Shown piece by piece: positions 53,337-64,000 of a stretch of 64,000 nt of DNA (position 1 is the first letter of the stretch; each line of letters begins with the position of its first letter). Origin of the DNA: Parasitella parasitica NRRL 2501 (taxonomy: Eukaryota; Fungi; Mucoromycota); contig MU619241.1 in the NCBI GenBank assembly GCA_025201805.1, forward strand, positions 90,368 to 154,367, written 5' to 3'. The position numbers and the translations under genes are program-made. The notes beneath the pieces were generated by a model. That model was not told where the DNA came from. It searched no databases and saw only the letters and a program-made list of their open reading frames with translations.

Positions 53337-53436
53337 TGCTTCCCCTGATTGAGCATTGGAATCCCGGCTATTCCTCATTGATTCGGTGCTCAAATAATCA
53401 AATTAAGACTTTTATTTCTTTTCTCTTCATAATAAC

Positions 53437-56400
53437 ATGCAAAACATGGACCTTGCACTCGATATAACATCATCATGTCGAGTACGCGTACTGCTAGTTC
53501 CCGTTTCCCCCATCAAAAAATCAACATTTTGGCGCCATGTTGAACTTGTTCGAAAATTCAGCCTTGTTCGTCTCGGCGATGTTACGCCTGATCTTCATCA
53601 AGGTGCTAATGGTATACTAAGATCGCTGCACCTTAACAACAACAACAACAAAAAAATAAAAAAATAAAACTAATGACGATTCCTCGCCCCCCTTTTTTTT
53701 TTGTCATAGCCAAATTCAACAGCCAAGCATTTCAGGAAGGACAAATGCATTTCCAATTTGTTACGAAATACAACCAAGATCATTGCCATCTCGAAGACTT
53801 TCAGCCACATAGACGTATTTTCGGTGTAAGTGTATTTTTTTTTCAACCCCTGAATTTGCAAATGACCGAATCTATCATAGGTTATTGGTATCATGGATTG
53901 TAGAGAATGGAACGACAAGGATTTAAGTGAAGGATACAGAAAGTTTGTAGGCATGCTAAGTCAGGTACTATCGAGAAATTATCCATGTGCGACTATATCC
54001 ATGTGCTAACGGTGCAATAAAATACAGTATCCCACAGCAGTTGCAACTAGATGCTTTGCTTTCGATCCGACTGAGAGTCAGCCAGATGACACCAAAGGGC
54101 TTGTCATGATTCCTAATGTCGGAAACATGTCATTTTATATGAGCACTATGATATGCGACTTTGCAAGCCAAATTCTGGACCAATTTGCTGCAATTGTAAG
54201 TGTTTATGATACTGAGCTTTATGAAAAACTCAATTTAGGGTTTAGGCAGAGCGTATTGAAAGCTTGAACGTTTTAGAGTCGCCAGTTCCTTCTGGTTACA
54301 TGCCTAAAAGTTTTGATGCGAGCATCATAAATAACCGATTGATACAACCTCAAACTTCCAACAGTTCACCGCAACAGCCTAGCAGAAATACTCAAGCTCT
54401 TACACCATCATCCTCCGTCTCTTCTTCCTTTCTGAAAAGAGCTTCTACCACAGCCGCAAACACACGGAAAAGTCTAGTATCAACAAATTCCCCTCCTACG
54501 CCCAAACCATCATTATCCCGATCCATTACATTTACAGGGCCTCCAGCAGCCATTGCTGGAGATACTGGGAGAACATTGCAAAGAACACCCGGCCGTATCA
54601 AAAAGCTGTTGGGCGATTTTTATTTGTTAGCAGGTAGACTCCCAGACGCAGTGAAGCAGTGAGTTATTATTAGCGAATGAGCACAAGCAGTATCAAGTTA
54701 ATTGCAATCGATACAATTAGTTACGACGAAGCTATTGAGATGGCACAAACTTCATACGACTATTTATGGCTTAGTAGCGCAAAGGAAGGGCTAGCATGTG
54801 CTACTATTTTATTAGCATTTCTTCAAGCTGATGCAGGTGTAAGTAAAAGAGAAAAAATGGATGCTTTTTGTGCTCATTGAATCATACAGCACATTGTATC
54901 GAGACAAGCCTTGACAACAGAAGACGACGCAGTAGCAGATCCAACACCAACTACTACTACCGCAGCACCACCAAACGAAGAAGCCAACAAACTACCAATT
55001 ATTGTCAATGAAATAATCGAAATGTACGACGATTTGCTGCTATCATATGCTAAAGTAAACTCAACAGCCAGCATTCCCATTCCTAAGCTAATTTTTGCTG
55101 AAGCCTGTTTGAAGATTTCTCGATTTTTGATGATCATCTATTTGAATGGGGGTTGGGACAAAGATCTATTGACCAAGATTGTGCAGACACCACCATCCCA
55201 AAGTCTTTTGAAACGAGGAGCTCAACTTGAGTCGACTTCTGATCTAGAAAAATACAAAGGGAGTGGGATAACTCGATTTTTCATTGCTAAATGGATCACC
55301 AAAGTTTGGATCATGAATATAGACGACATGTCATTGATAGATCAAGTAAGAAAAAAAAAAAAACTTTTCAGTGTATTGAGTTGAGTGAATACTTGTATAT
55401 TTTTGCAGATTAACGTTATGACTCAAATGTCCTCAGTTTTGTCAACCATCGGCTATCATCGTAAATCGGCATGGTTCATGTATGAGACCTTGAACCGGAT
55501 GACCCCATTACTGATTCAAGGCAGAGCCGCCATGGCAAGTTCTAATCCCAACAAAAAAAGCGCTGAAAAAGGCGACGACGGGATTTTGGAGGTTTTGAAA
55601 AGGATTTGTGAAGTGTATGGTATTGGCGGTAAGGCACAATGAAAATTTACATGTTTACATAAAGATAACTCAACATTGGCGGGATAGAGAGCAATGTGCA
55701 AGATGGCGGTACTCTGCAAATATTGCAGAGCAAGTTCAACAGCCAACAGGAAAAGACAGATCATGCTGTTAAATCCAACATTGTTGGCTTTGGTTGGGCT
55801 GCATTACAAATCGACATATTGCGCGAGTGCATTGTCATTTCTGAGGCTATCCAAGGTACAGTCTACAGTTGAACTCTGGGGCTATGGAAACTAAATAAGA
55901 GCTTCACAATTATATAGATCACGCTTCCATGTTGTATTATACCACTGTTTTGTTGAAAAACCTATATCAGCACATATCAAAAGATGAGCAAATTAGGCTT
56001 GCTTCTTCAATTCAACGTATTGTCAACATTAGTAAAAGATCAGGCCAAGTTGACAGCAATGTCAATTACTGGGGATTCAATATTGTGAAATCTATCCAAC
56101 CAATCGCACCTATACCACGAAAAACAATATTTCAGCATCCTTTATTGATTGCCAAGGCATTGGCTGCCTCTAAGGAAGGCCGCGCTAATTCTGGTGATCC
56201 ATTTATTTACAACCCGTTTGCTAAAAAGAAAGATGACAAGGTGATTTTTACATATATTTTGCAAATGACAACCAACTTACATGACAATACAGCCTCAAAT
56301 TAACTTGATAAAAGACGAAGTCTGTGAATTCAAAGTGGCTTTAGCTAATCCATTTGGCTTTGATTTGGAACTTAGTAACATTGTACTCAGGTAAATATCA

Positions 56401-58569
56401 GATATAAAGCAAATATAGCACTTTGCAGCTCTAAACGGAATGCAAATAGCACTTCCGGCATCAAGTTTTCAGCTGTTTCCACGGCAGCAACTATCCCTGC
56501 CAACGATACACTTAGTCTCAAATTAGCTGGTACGCCTTTGGAAACCGGATCTTTGATTATTCGTGGCTGCATAATCAAGATTACTGGCTTTGCAGAACAA
56601 GAGTTTATGAATGAAAAGCAGGATGTTAAAAAAGTAGAGCAACCAAAGAACAGCAAGGATATCATACAGCAATCAATAGAATCAGAACGCTTCAAATACA
56701 CGTAAGTCAAGTTCGTCATTATAAAGCTGCAGTGTTTAATCATTACTTAGTGGGCTTCAGGCATTATCTCAAAGGCCAGATCAGCGTAATTATAACCAAT
56801 AAACCAAAGCGAACAAGTATTTACATGCAGTTGTTTAATACAGGCCAAACTCCTAGTGAAAAGAAAATCATAGAGAACATACAACAAGAAGGCTTGAACG
56901 TAATAGAAGACCAACCTTTACTAAAGATCAAATCAACCTCGTTATTGCATGGCGCGGTCATGTTGTTTGAAGGGGAAATGACGCACATTTCGATCCAAGT
57001 CGAAAACATTGGCAACATTCCTGTGGATTTCCTGACGTTATCCTTCACAGACTCTACGACGGTTCACCCTAAGCCTATCAACCCAGAATTACCAACTGAA
57101 GAACAATACGAAATTGAACTATATACCAAAGGAACTCCAGTCTTTTCTTGGGAGGGGTCAAAAGCTGATAGCAACCAAATTGGCAAAAAGATTAACCTTC
57201 CTCCAGGAGAGAATACCGAGATCGTTGTCAATATATACGGCAAACAAGGATGGTAAGCATCACCAGATTAGTATGAGACGTCGTTAGTAATCTGCAGAAT
57301 CTAGTACGGGTGGCGCTATTCATGTAGACTACGGCTATTTAGATAGAGCAATTAAAGATCAGTCAGAAAAGACATCAGAAACTACTAGCCAAGACTTGCC
57401 CACTACCTTGTATACTAGACAGCTCTACTTGCCCATTATGATAACAGTGTATCAGAACCTGGAACCTTTGAATTGGGATGTGCTGTATCTTCGGGACAAT
57501 ATGTCAGTAACAGAGGCGATGGCAAATGACGCCTGTGCCAAAATAGAAAACCTGGATATCAAGCGTATTGAATCTGCTGAACAGCCGGTTGAGGAATTGC
57601 TCGTGCTAACGCAGCGAGCAAATGACAATGACGACAAAAACCCTTACTGTCTGTTGACATTAGATGTTCGAAACACTTGGACCACACCATTCGATATCGA
57701 ATTTACGGTGGACAATTCGACCGAAAAAAATGATGCCAACATAAACAACTTGCTTAGGTCAGTAGTGACTATACAACCATCATTGACCAAGAGGTAATTT
57801 CCAAACAGTTCATGCTTCAGACATACTCAATTTCTGCACTAGAATCGTCTTGCCGCTGAAAAAACTATTCCTGACATCTGAGCAACGATTGCAGCCTATT
57901 CCCAGCTTTGATTTAAACAAGCAGTTTGTTATATCTCAGGCACCAAAGATGGCACCAGAGCAAGAACGGGCTCGTTTACAAGTGTTTTGGTACAGAGAAC
58001 AATTGCTATCACGAGTCAAAGCTAGATGGCAGTGTAGATCGAATGGCCGTAGTGGCACCATCAGTTTACGACCCTCGTTACGTTTAACCGCTCTTCAATT
58101 GAATGTGCTTAAAAAGCAAGACATTGAATTTATAGTCGACATGTCAAAGGAAGGCGTAGAAACTACGGGACATCGTCAATTCCGATGCAGAGTCAACTCC
58201 TTTGTACATATGAATGTAAAAATTGCCAATAGACAAGGTATTTTCAACTTTGGATTAAATGAATCCGCTCAGACGCTTACTTTTTGATATATTCTAGTTC
58301 GACCTGTTAAATTGATATTGCGAATTCAGCCTGTTCAGAGCTATAACGATGGAGCAAAGGAATACGATCTTACAGAAAAGCTTTTGATGCAAGGCGTATC
58401 ACAGCTGGTACTACCAGAAATACCGCCCAACGGCGAAATTACTCATGAAATTCCTCTGTGCTTTTTGTCGCGTGGTAAATTTGAATTTCTGTATCATGTC
58501 GAAGATATTCACACCAGAGAAATGTATTACGACCATGATTGGGCTTTTGTAAATGTATTTGATGAATAA
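53437..58569 (+). CDS. TRS120: TRAPP II subunit Trs120/TRAPPC9, multi-exon
   Basis: RVRVLLVPVSPI, VRLGDVTPD, EDFQPHRRIFGV, GRIKKLLGDFYLLAGRLPDA, DYLWLSSAKEG, GDPFIYNPF, LANPFGFDLE. Confidence 0.95.
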
Positions 58570-58626
58570 ACAGTTTATGTGCGTCATTTTTCTTTATATA
58601 GAAGCAAATTTGCTCGCAAGAGCTGA

Positions 58627-58630
<4 letters not shown>

Positions 58631-58661
<31 letters not shown>
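58631..58661 (+). repeat. (GA)n microsatellite
   Basis: Seen directly. Confidence 0.95.
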
Positions 58662-58664
<3 letters not shown>

Positions 58665-59022
58665 AATTATAAAGTTGATCATGGCCCTGCCACAATCCCT
58701 TCGAATTTGCATGTACGAATATGCTCTTGCCCATCAAAAAGGTACCTATGTAAAAAAAAAAAAAATCAAATACTTGTTGATAAGAGCACACAACTTCAGT
58801 TTTACGCTAATTCTGCCAAGTCGTGCTTCGTCCTATTATATTTACACGATTGTCCTCCGTTGGCCTTTCATCGTCATTTTGAAAGGTATTCTCATTATTT
58901 CAGTTGTGCCTATGGGGCGTAGAAATATCCCTGAGTTTCGTTCAGCCTAAACAGGAAATGGACATGAGTGCCGTTAATTACTATACCTGCAAACGGGAAT
59001 TGCATACTTTTTCTTCTTTAAT

Positions 59023-61427
59023 ATGGCTTTTAGAGAAACACTTTTAGAGAGATTGCGAGCCCGTGATAAAGCTGCTAATAACTTTCACGATATTATCGTT
59101 GCAAGTAAGCCATCCATCGATGTATCTTGTAATAACCGTTTCTCACAAAGAGTGTGCATATGCATTCAGATAATAGGCTCTTGCAACAAACAATAGAGCT
59201 CGAGAAAAAGAATAAGGCGATAGAGGCAGCAAGAAATGGTGGTTTCAGTACAGAAACTGCAGGGTAAATTGGCTTAACCCCAGAAGGCAGACCAAGTACT
59301 AAGACTTTTACGCTCTAGTTCAACACAGCGAGTTGCTGAACTCGATCGCAGAATACGGGAGCTCAATGAAGAGCGTGCAGATATGTATAAAACTCAAAGC
59401 GAAAATGCTCAGCGGCTTGTCAACCTCAATGAGCAATTAAGAACACGAGAAGACAAAGATATAAGGCAGACGGAAGAGTAGGCAGAAATGGTGACAGTAA
59501 CTATGCAACCCGGATAATAACCTGCCTCATGTAGAATCAAGCATTTGTCAGAGGCGGTTAAAAAACTTTCCGCCAAGTGCGAACTACAAGTGCAACAACT
59601 GAGAGAAAAAGACGTTGCGATCCAGGTAGGTAAATTAATCGAAATGTCGTATTGATCTCACACTGTTTGTAGATCCTTCAAGATGAACTAGCAGCATTAC
59701 AACTTGAGATGGTCACTACCGAGGATAAAATCAAAAAATTAAGAAAAGAAAATGATCAACTACTTGAACGGTGGATGAACAAAATGAACGAGGAAGCTGA
59801 GAAAATGAATGAAGCAACCCAGTTCTACGAAACGTACAGTGATGCATTTATAATATTCCACGCATATTAACACGGCTACCCTCTAGGGCTTTGGAGCAAG
59901 CCAGAGTTGATGCTGATAGACAAAAACTCAAGCAAGCCAGAAAACGAGGTGTATCGTCTTCAGTAGATATAACAAAATCGATTCACTTCTCTAATATAGT
60001 GCTCCCAGAGAAAGCCAGCAGGCGCATCGTAAGTGTACGAATGTCACCAAAGCCAAACAAAACTCTTAAAAGACCTGCTAGAATGTGCATGATGCGGAAA
60101 TACATTGTATAGCGGCTTCATCAATGGGAACCATGTTTGCTACTGGTGGTGCGGATAAGAAAATTAAGCTGTTTGACGCAAAAACTGGGAATAACACACA
60201 TTCGTTGAGTGGAGCTTTGCAGACGATTACCTCGATAGCATTCAATTCCACGGATGAACTGCTTTTAGGCTCTTGCACGGACAATGCAACGAGGATTTGG
60301 AGCTTAGCTACACACAGACTCAAAGTAGGCTGGGCGCCATAATGCCTTTATGTCTTGATACTAATTTTGCATAAAGCAAACATTGACAGGCCATATAGGC
60401 AAAGTCTATGCTGCTAAATTCACTGTAGACTCGAAGAGAATCGTAAGTTGTGTTTGCTGTAAATCATTGTTTGGGTGAGGCCTCTAATGCTGATTCAGAT
60501 ATCTGGAAGTCATGATCGTACCCTCAAAGTGTGGGATGTCCAAACAGGAAACAGTAAGGTGTGGTTTGCAATGTGTTTGCGTGCTTGCTCATATTGTGTT
60601 CATTTAGACATTCGAACAATATTTACGTTTTCAAGCTGTAACGATTTATGTTTGATGGATCCTGACGGACAGACAGTTATTAGTGGACATTTGGATAATA
60701 ATATCAGGCTGTGGGACGCCAGAACAGGTGTGGGGATCAAGGAGCTGACAGGAATACACAGTGGACAAATTACCTCTGTGAGCATGTCACCTGGTAAATT
60801 GGAAATACAACATACCAAAGATGCACTATACTTAAGCCTCAAGTGATAGATGGAACAACATTACTCACCAATTCAAGAGACAACACCCTCAAGGCCATAG
60901 ATGTGCGAATGTATGATATTGTGAGATCATTTCAGTAAGTGATAAAACAATGGCAGGCTACTATCGACTTGACACTCTAGGATAGGGCCGAGACATACCG
61001 TAATGGGCTTAATTGGTCACGATCAACATTCAGGTAACCTAATTTTATTAAATCACTCCTCAAGTCGTCGATGGCTTAATATAGTGTCCCTGTAGTCCTG
61101 ATGGGAAATACGTGGCAGCTGGTTCAGCAGGTGATGAAATGAAGCTTACACATACTATGGCTTCGTCTCTAATACTCTTGACTTTGTAGATGGCTCTCTG
61201 CATATCTGGAATACTAAAACAGGCAAACCAGAGCGAGCAATTTTGGAACACAGGTAAAATCAAATGCAATGTAGTATGATCGTGCAATAACGGGGGTTTT
61301 ATCCAGCTCTGTAATCTGTGGTGTCGCCTGGAATCCCACTGGAGGCTTTTTATATACTGCAGAAAAAAACAAAGCTGTCTGTATATGGGATACATCGACA
61401 GCGCCAAAAAGTAATCGGACAAAATAA
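59023..61427 (+). CDS. ATG16: Atg16 with a C-terminal WD40 domain (ATG16L-like), about 15 exons
   Basis: N-terminal Atg5-binding helix LLERLRARD; coiled coil ILQDELAALQLE..ENDQLLERWM; WD40 repeats (ATGGADKKIKLFD, SGSHDRTLKVWD, SGHLDNNIRLWD). Confidence 0.92.
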
Positions 61428-61455
61428 ATCATCTCTTATTTATTGTAAAAAGTAG

Positions 61456-61785
61456 CTATAATCTTGCGACTGGCCTGTTCTTGACGCACTGAATCAGATC
61501 AGAACCAGAAAAATGCGTGCATTGGTAGCCATGCTTCTCCAAGTATCTTTGTATTTCTTGCTTTTTTCCATAAACCATGACACCTTCAATTTTGGCAGAG
61601 TTGTTGAGGAAGGCACAGACTAATCCTCTGCCTACATTGTCATCATCAATTGTGAGTTTACTTGAATGAGCCGCGTAGCGATCGAGAAACTGTTGAAGGG
61701 TGTCAGCGAGTTCAGCTTGTCGAGACTCTAGATATTTATAAACAGCAGGTCTAGGGATGTCAGAATGTGCCATATAGCAAGACAT
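61456..61785 (-). CDS. Hypothetical protein (about 109 aa)
   Basis: Open frame with ATG at 61785 and plausible amino-acid composition; no recognisable motif. Confidence 0.45.
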   Translation of the reverse strand: MSCYMAHSDIPRPAVYKYLESRQAELADTLQQFLDRYAAHSSKLTIDDDNVGRGLVCAFLNNSAKIEGVMVYGKKQEIQRYLEKHGYQCTHFSGSDLIQCVKNRPVARL

Positions 61786-61906
61786 TTTTGGTTGAAAAAG
61801 TGGAGCAATTGAAAGCAAATGAGCATTTTAAGGAGACCTTAAATAAACGTATTTTCCAAAACGAACACACACTCTTTGCATTTCCAAATCTGTCAATGTA
61901 AGTTTT

Positions 61907-62100
61907 TACAGCCGTTCCAACACCAAAGGGCGGATTTTTAAATAAAAGGGCGGATACAGTTGACGAAACTAGGTTGGGCCAATGAAAATAAATTTTGGTC
62001 ATTTCCAAATTGAGTTGGGACACGATTACAAAAATGGGTCACCAATACGAAAATGGGACAACAAGATGAAAATGGGACATGAGTACGAACATGGAGATAA
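61907..62100. mobile_element. Putative DNA-transposon terminus with subterminal direct repeats downstream of the Fanzor gene
   Basis: TA|CAGCCGTTCCAACA start at 61907; aaagggcggat twice (61925, 61945); about five 19-20 nt units with a 'tgggac' core at 62015-62098. Confidence 0.5.
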
Positions 62101-62205
62101 TGTTAGTATCTTTCAGAAGAGTCAGAATTGTTACAGCTTCTTACCTGCAATATCTTTAAGTTGCTGACTCACCGAAGTGAGCAGCAACAACCACATTGGA
62201 GGTGG
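62100..62205 (-). ncRNA. Candidate Fanzor omegaRNA scaffold overlapping the ORF 3' end
   Basis: Hairpin ACCT-C-CAATGT-GGTT-GTTGCTG-CTCAC-[TTCG]-GTGAG-T-CAGCAAC-TTAAAG-ATATTG-C-AGGT (62203 to 62143), then AGAAG...CTTCT. The boundaries are inferred. Confidence 0.6.
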
Positions 62206-64000
62206 CGGTAGGTCTTTTGAAGACCTGGGGGCGGCCATTTCCACACCAAATTGATGTGGCAATGGTGAGCATGTTCTTCGAGGCCATGGCATCGCGATTC
62301 CAGTAANNNNNNNNNNNNNNNNNNNNNNNNNNNNNNNNNNNNNNNNNNNNNNNNNNNNNNNNNNNNNNNNNNNNNNNNNNNNNNNNNNNNNNNNNNNNNN
62401 NNNNNNNNNNNNNNNNNNNNNNNNNNNNNNNNNNNNNNNNNNNNNNNNNNNNNNNNNNNNNNNNNNNNNNNNNNNNNNNNNNNNNNNNNNNNNNNNNNNN
62501 NNNNNNNNNNNNNNNNNNNNNNNNNNNNNNNNNNNNNNNNNNNNNNNNNNNNNNNNNNNNNNNNNNNNNNNNNNNNNNNNNNNNNNNNNNNNNNNNNNNN
62601 NNNNNNNNNNNNNNNNNNNNNNNNNNNNNNNNNNNNNNNNNNNNNNNNNNNNNNNNNNNNNNNNNNNNNNNNNNNNNNNNNNNNNNNNNNNNNNNNNNNN
62701 NNNNNNNNNNNNNNNNNNNNNNNNNNNNNNNNNNNNNNNNNNNNNNNNNNNNNNNNNNNNNNNNNNNNNNNNNNNNNNNNNNNNNNNNNNNNNNNNNNNN
62801 NNNNNNNNNNNNNNNNNNNNNNNNNNNNNNNNNNNNNNNNNNNNNNNNNNNNNNNNNNNNNNNNNNNNNNNNNNNNNNNNNNNNNNNNNNNNNNNNNNNN
62901 NNNNNNNNNNNNNNNNNNNNNNNNNNNNNNNNNNNNNNNNNNNNNNNNNNNNNNNNNNNNNNNNNNNNNNNNNNNNNNNNNNNNNNNNNNNNNNNNNNNN
63001 NNNNNNNNNNNNNNNNNNNNNNNNNNNNNNNNNNNNNNNNNNNNNNNNNNNNNNNNNNNNNNNNNNNNNNNNNNNNNNNNNNNNNNNNNNNNNNNNNNNN
63101 NNNNNNNNNNNNNNNNNNNNNNNNNNNNNNNNNNNNNNNNNNNNNNNNNNNTATTGTCTTCTGGAGATGATGGAAGCACTCTTCTAGCAAATAAAACTCT
63201 GCACGTATAGCCATCAGTGTACAATCCGTTAAGAAACATTTCCTTTTTCTTCAGGCAATGTTAAAAGCTTTTCACAACTATATTTTTTTTTATCAGCAGT
63301 TTGATTCATAGATATGTGTATTAGCAGTATTTACCTTTGAATACCCAGCTTTTTGAAAGCAAAAGCTTGATAGAAGCACCTTTGTTGATGATCAAAAGAG
63401 GATTCATTGGCTTGCTTCTTTTGCTTGGCCTCTGGGAAAATTCCGGTCAGGTTCTGGGCATCAATCTTTATGAACCGCCAGTGCAATGAGGGATTTGGGA
63501 ATAAACTAAAACGTCTTGGAAGCGGGGGCTTCGTTGAGTCGGCCTTGTCCTTTTGAGCAGCTTGGGTCCTGTATATATCATCGTATTTGTTGAGAATATA
63601 CCGTAATGCCGATAAAATTTTGAAGAGTTCATTGTTTAAGCTTTCTTTAGTCAGTGGAAGCGTGGACATGCGATTTTTGACCTCTAAAATCAAAGGATTT
63701 AAGAAACTAGTAAGATTACTGGCCACATCCGGATCAAATAGGGCAAGAATATCAACAGAAACAGATGAAGGTTGGGAATTTGTAAGCACTTGGTCGTATA
63801 CGTGATTATATACCAAGTTCTTGATACAGCCGATCTTCGCATCCTAGTTTATGTAATTTTAGTATAACAATTTGAGAAATTGAACATATATATTGAAATG
63901 CTTGTTATTATATCTCGTTACTTACGGGGTACTCTGTCTTCAGTGTATATATGAAGTAGTTACATATGATGTTTTCAAAGTTTTCAATATAGTAGTTGTT
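62156..64000 (-). CDS. Fanzor1 (TnpB/IS200-IS605-derived RuvC RNA-guided nuclease); 5' end outside the window, centre in an assembly gap, one apparent frameshift
   Basis: NNYYIENFENIICNYF | ...RRFSLFPNPSLHWRFIKIDA..FYQAFAFKKL | ..FLNGLYTDGYTCRVLFAR [gap] YWNRDAMASKNM..IW.GNGRPQVF (RuvC-III NRD). Introns at 63844-63925 and 63278-63334. Confidence 0.82.
62306..63151. other. Assembly gap (846 N) inside the Fanzor ORF
   Basis: N characters in the sequence. Confidence 1.

Noticed and set aside
58670-59010. Possible tiny spliced gene between TRS120 and ATG16
   Set aside because: I could not build a consistent start-to-stop exon chain.
62015-62098. Periodic repeats as a CRISPR-like array
   Set aside because: Units are only about 19-20 nt, tandem and degenerate with no unique spacers, in a eukaryotic context; they fit subterminal TE repeats better.
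62095-62145. CAG|GTAAGA donor plus TACTAAC branch point downstream of the Fanzor stop (possible spliceosomal 3'-end processing)
   Set aside because: There is no nearby AG and the motifs are short enough to be chance; this cannot be supported without RNA data.
1-64000. tRNA or rRNA genes
   Set aside because: No convincing cloverleaf or rRNA sequence seen by eye; tRNAscan-SE would be decisive.

Overview
Gene-dense, intron-rich eukaryotic DNA that looks like a Mucorales (Mucoromycota) fungus: short 45-90 nt GT-AG introns, polyQ tracts and typical housekeeping genes. I can support about 24 intact genes. Assignable ones are a sulfate permease 3' end, PEP4, RPL6, coronin, Gon7, a sulfotransferase, an MRH4-like DEAD helicase, NAM8/NGR1, PAF-AH, succinyl-CoA ligase alpha, RER1, a mini PACT protein, a tetraspanin, AIM19, an M13 peptidase, SPX-RING, a Sel1-repeat protein, a kinase-like protein, a tptA-like transporter, TRS120 and ATG16L. 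Several are invisible in the ORF track because of introns. Gene-poor stretches hold decayed transposon relics (Crypton-like, IS630/Tc1). The most notable object is at the right edge on the minus strand: an intron-containing Fanzor1 (eukaryotic TnpB-derived RNA-guided nuclease) gene, partly lost in an assembly gap. Its last codons fold into a long cUUCGg-capped hairpin (candidate omegaRNA scaffold), followed by subterminal repeats and a TA-CAG transposon-like end. Other oddities are a probably catalytically dead neprilysin, a kinase C-lobe-only protein, a hairpin-enclosed poison-exon candidate in coronin and a large structured 5'UTR intron in RPL6. All assignments come from reading motifs by eye; no searches were run.
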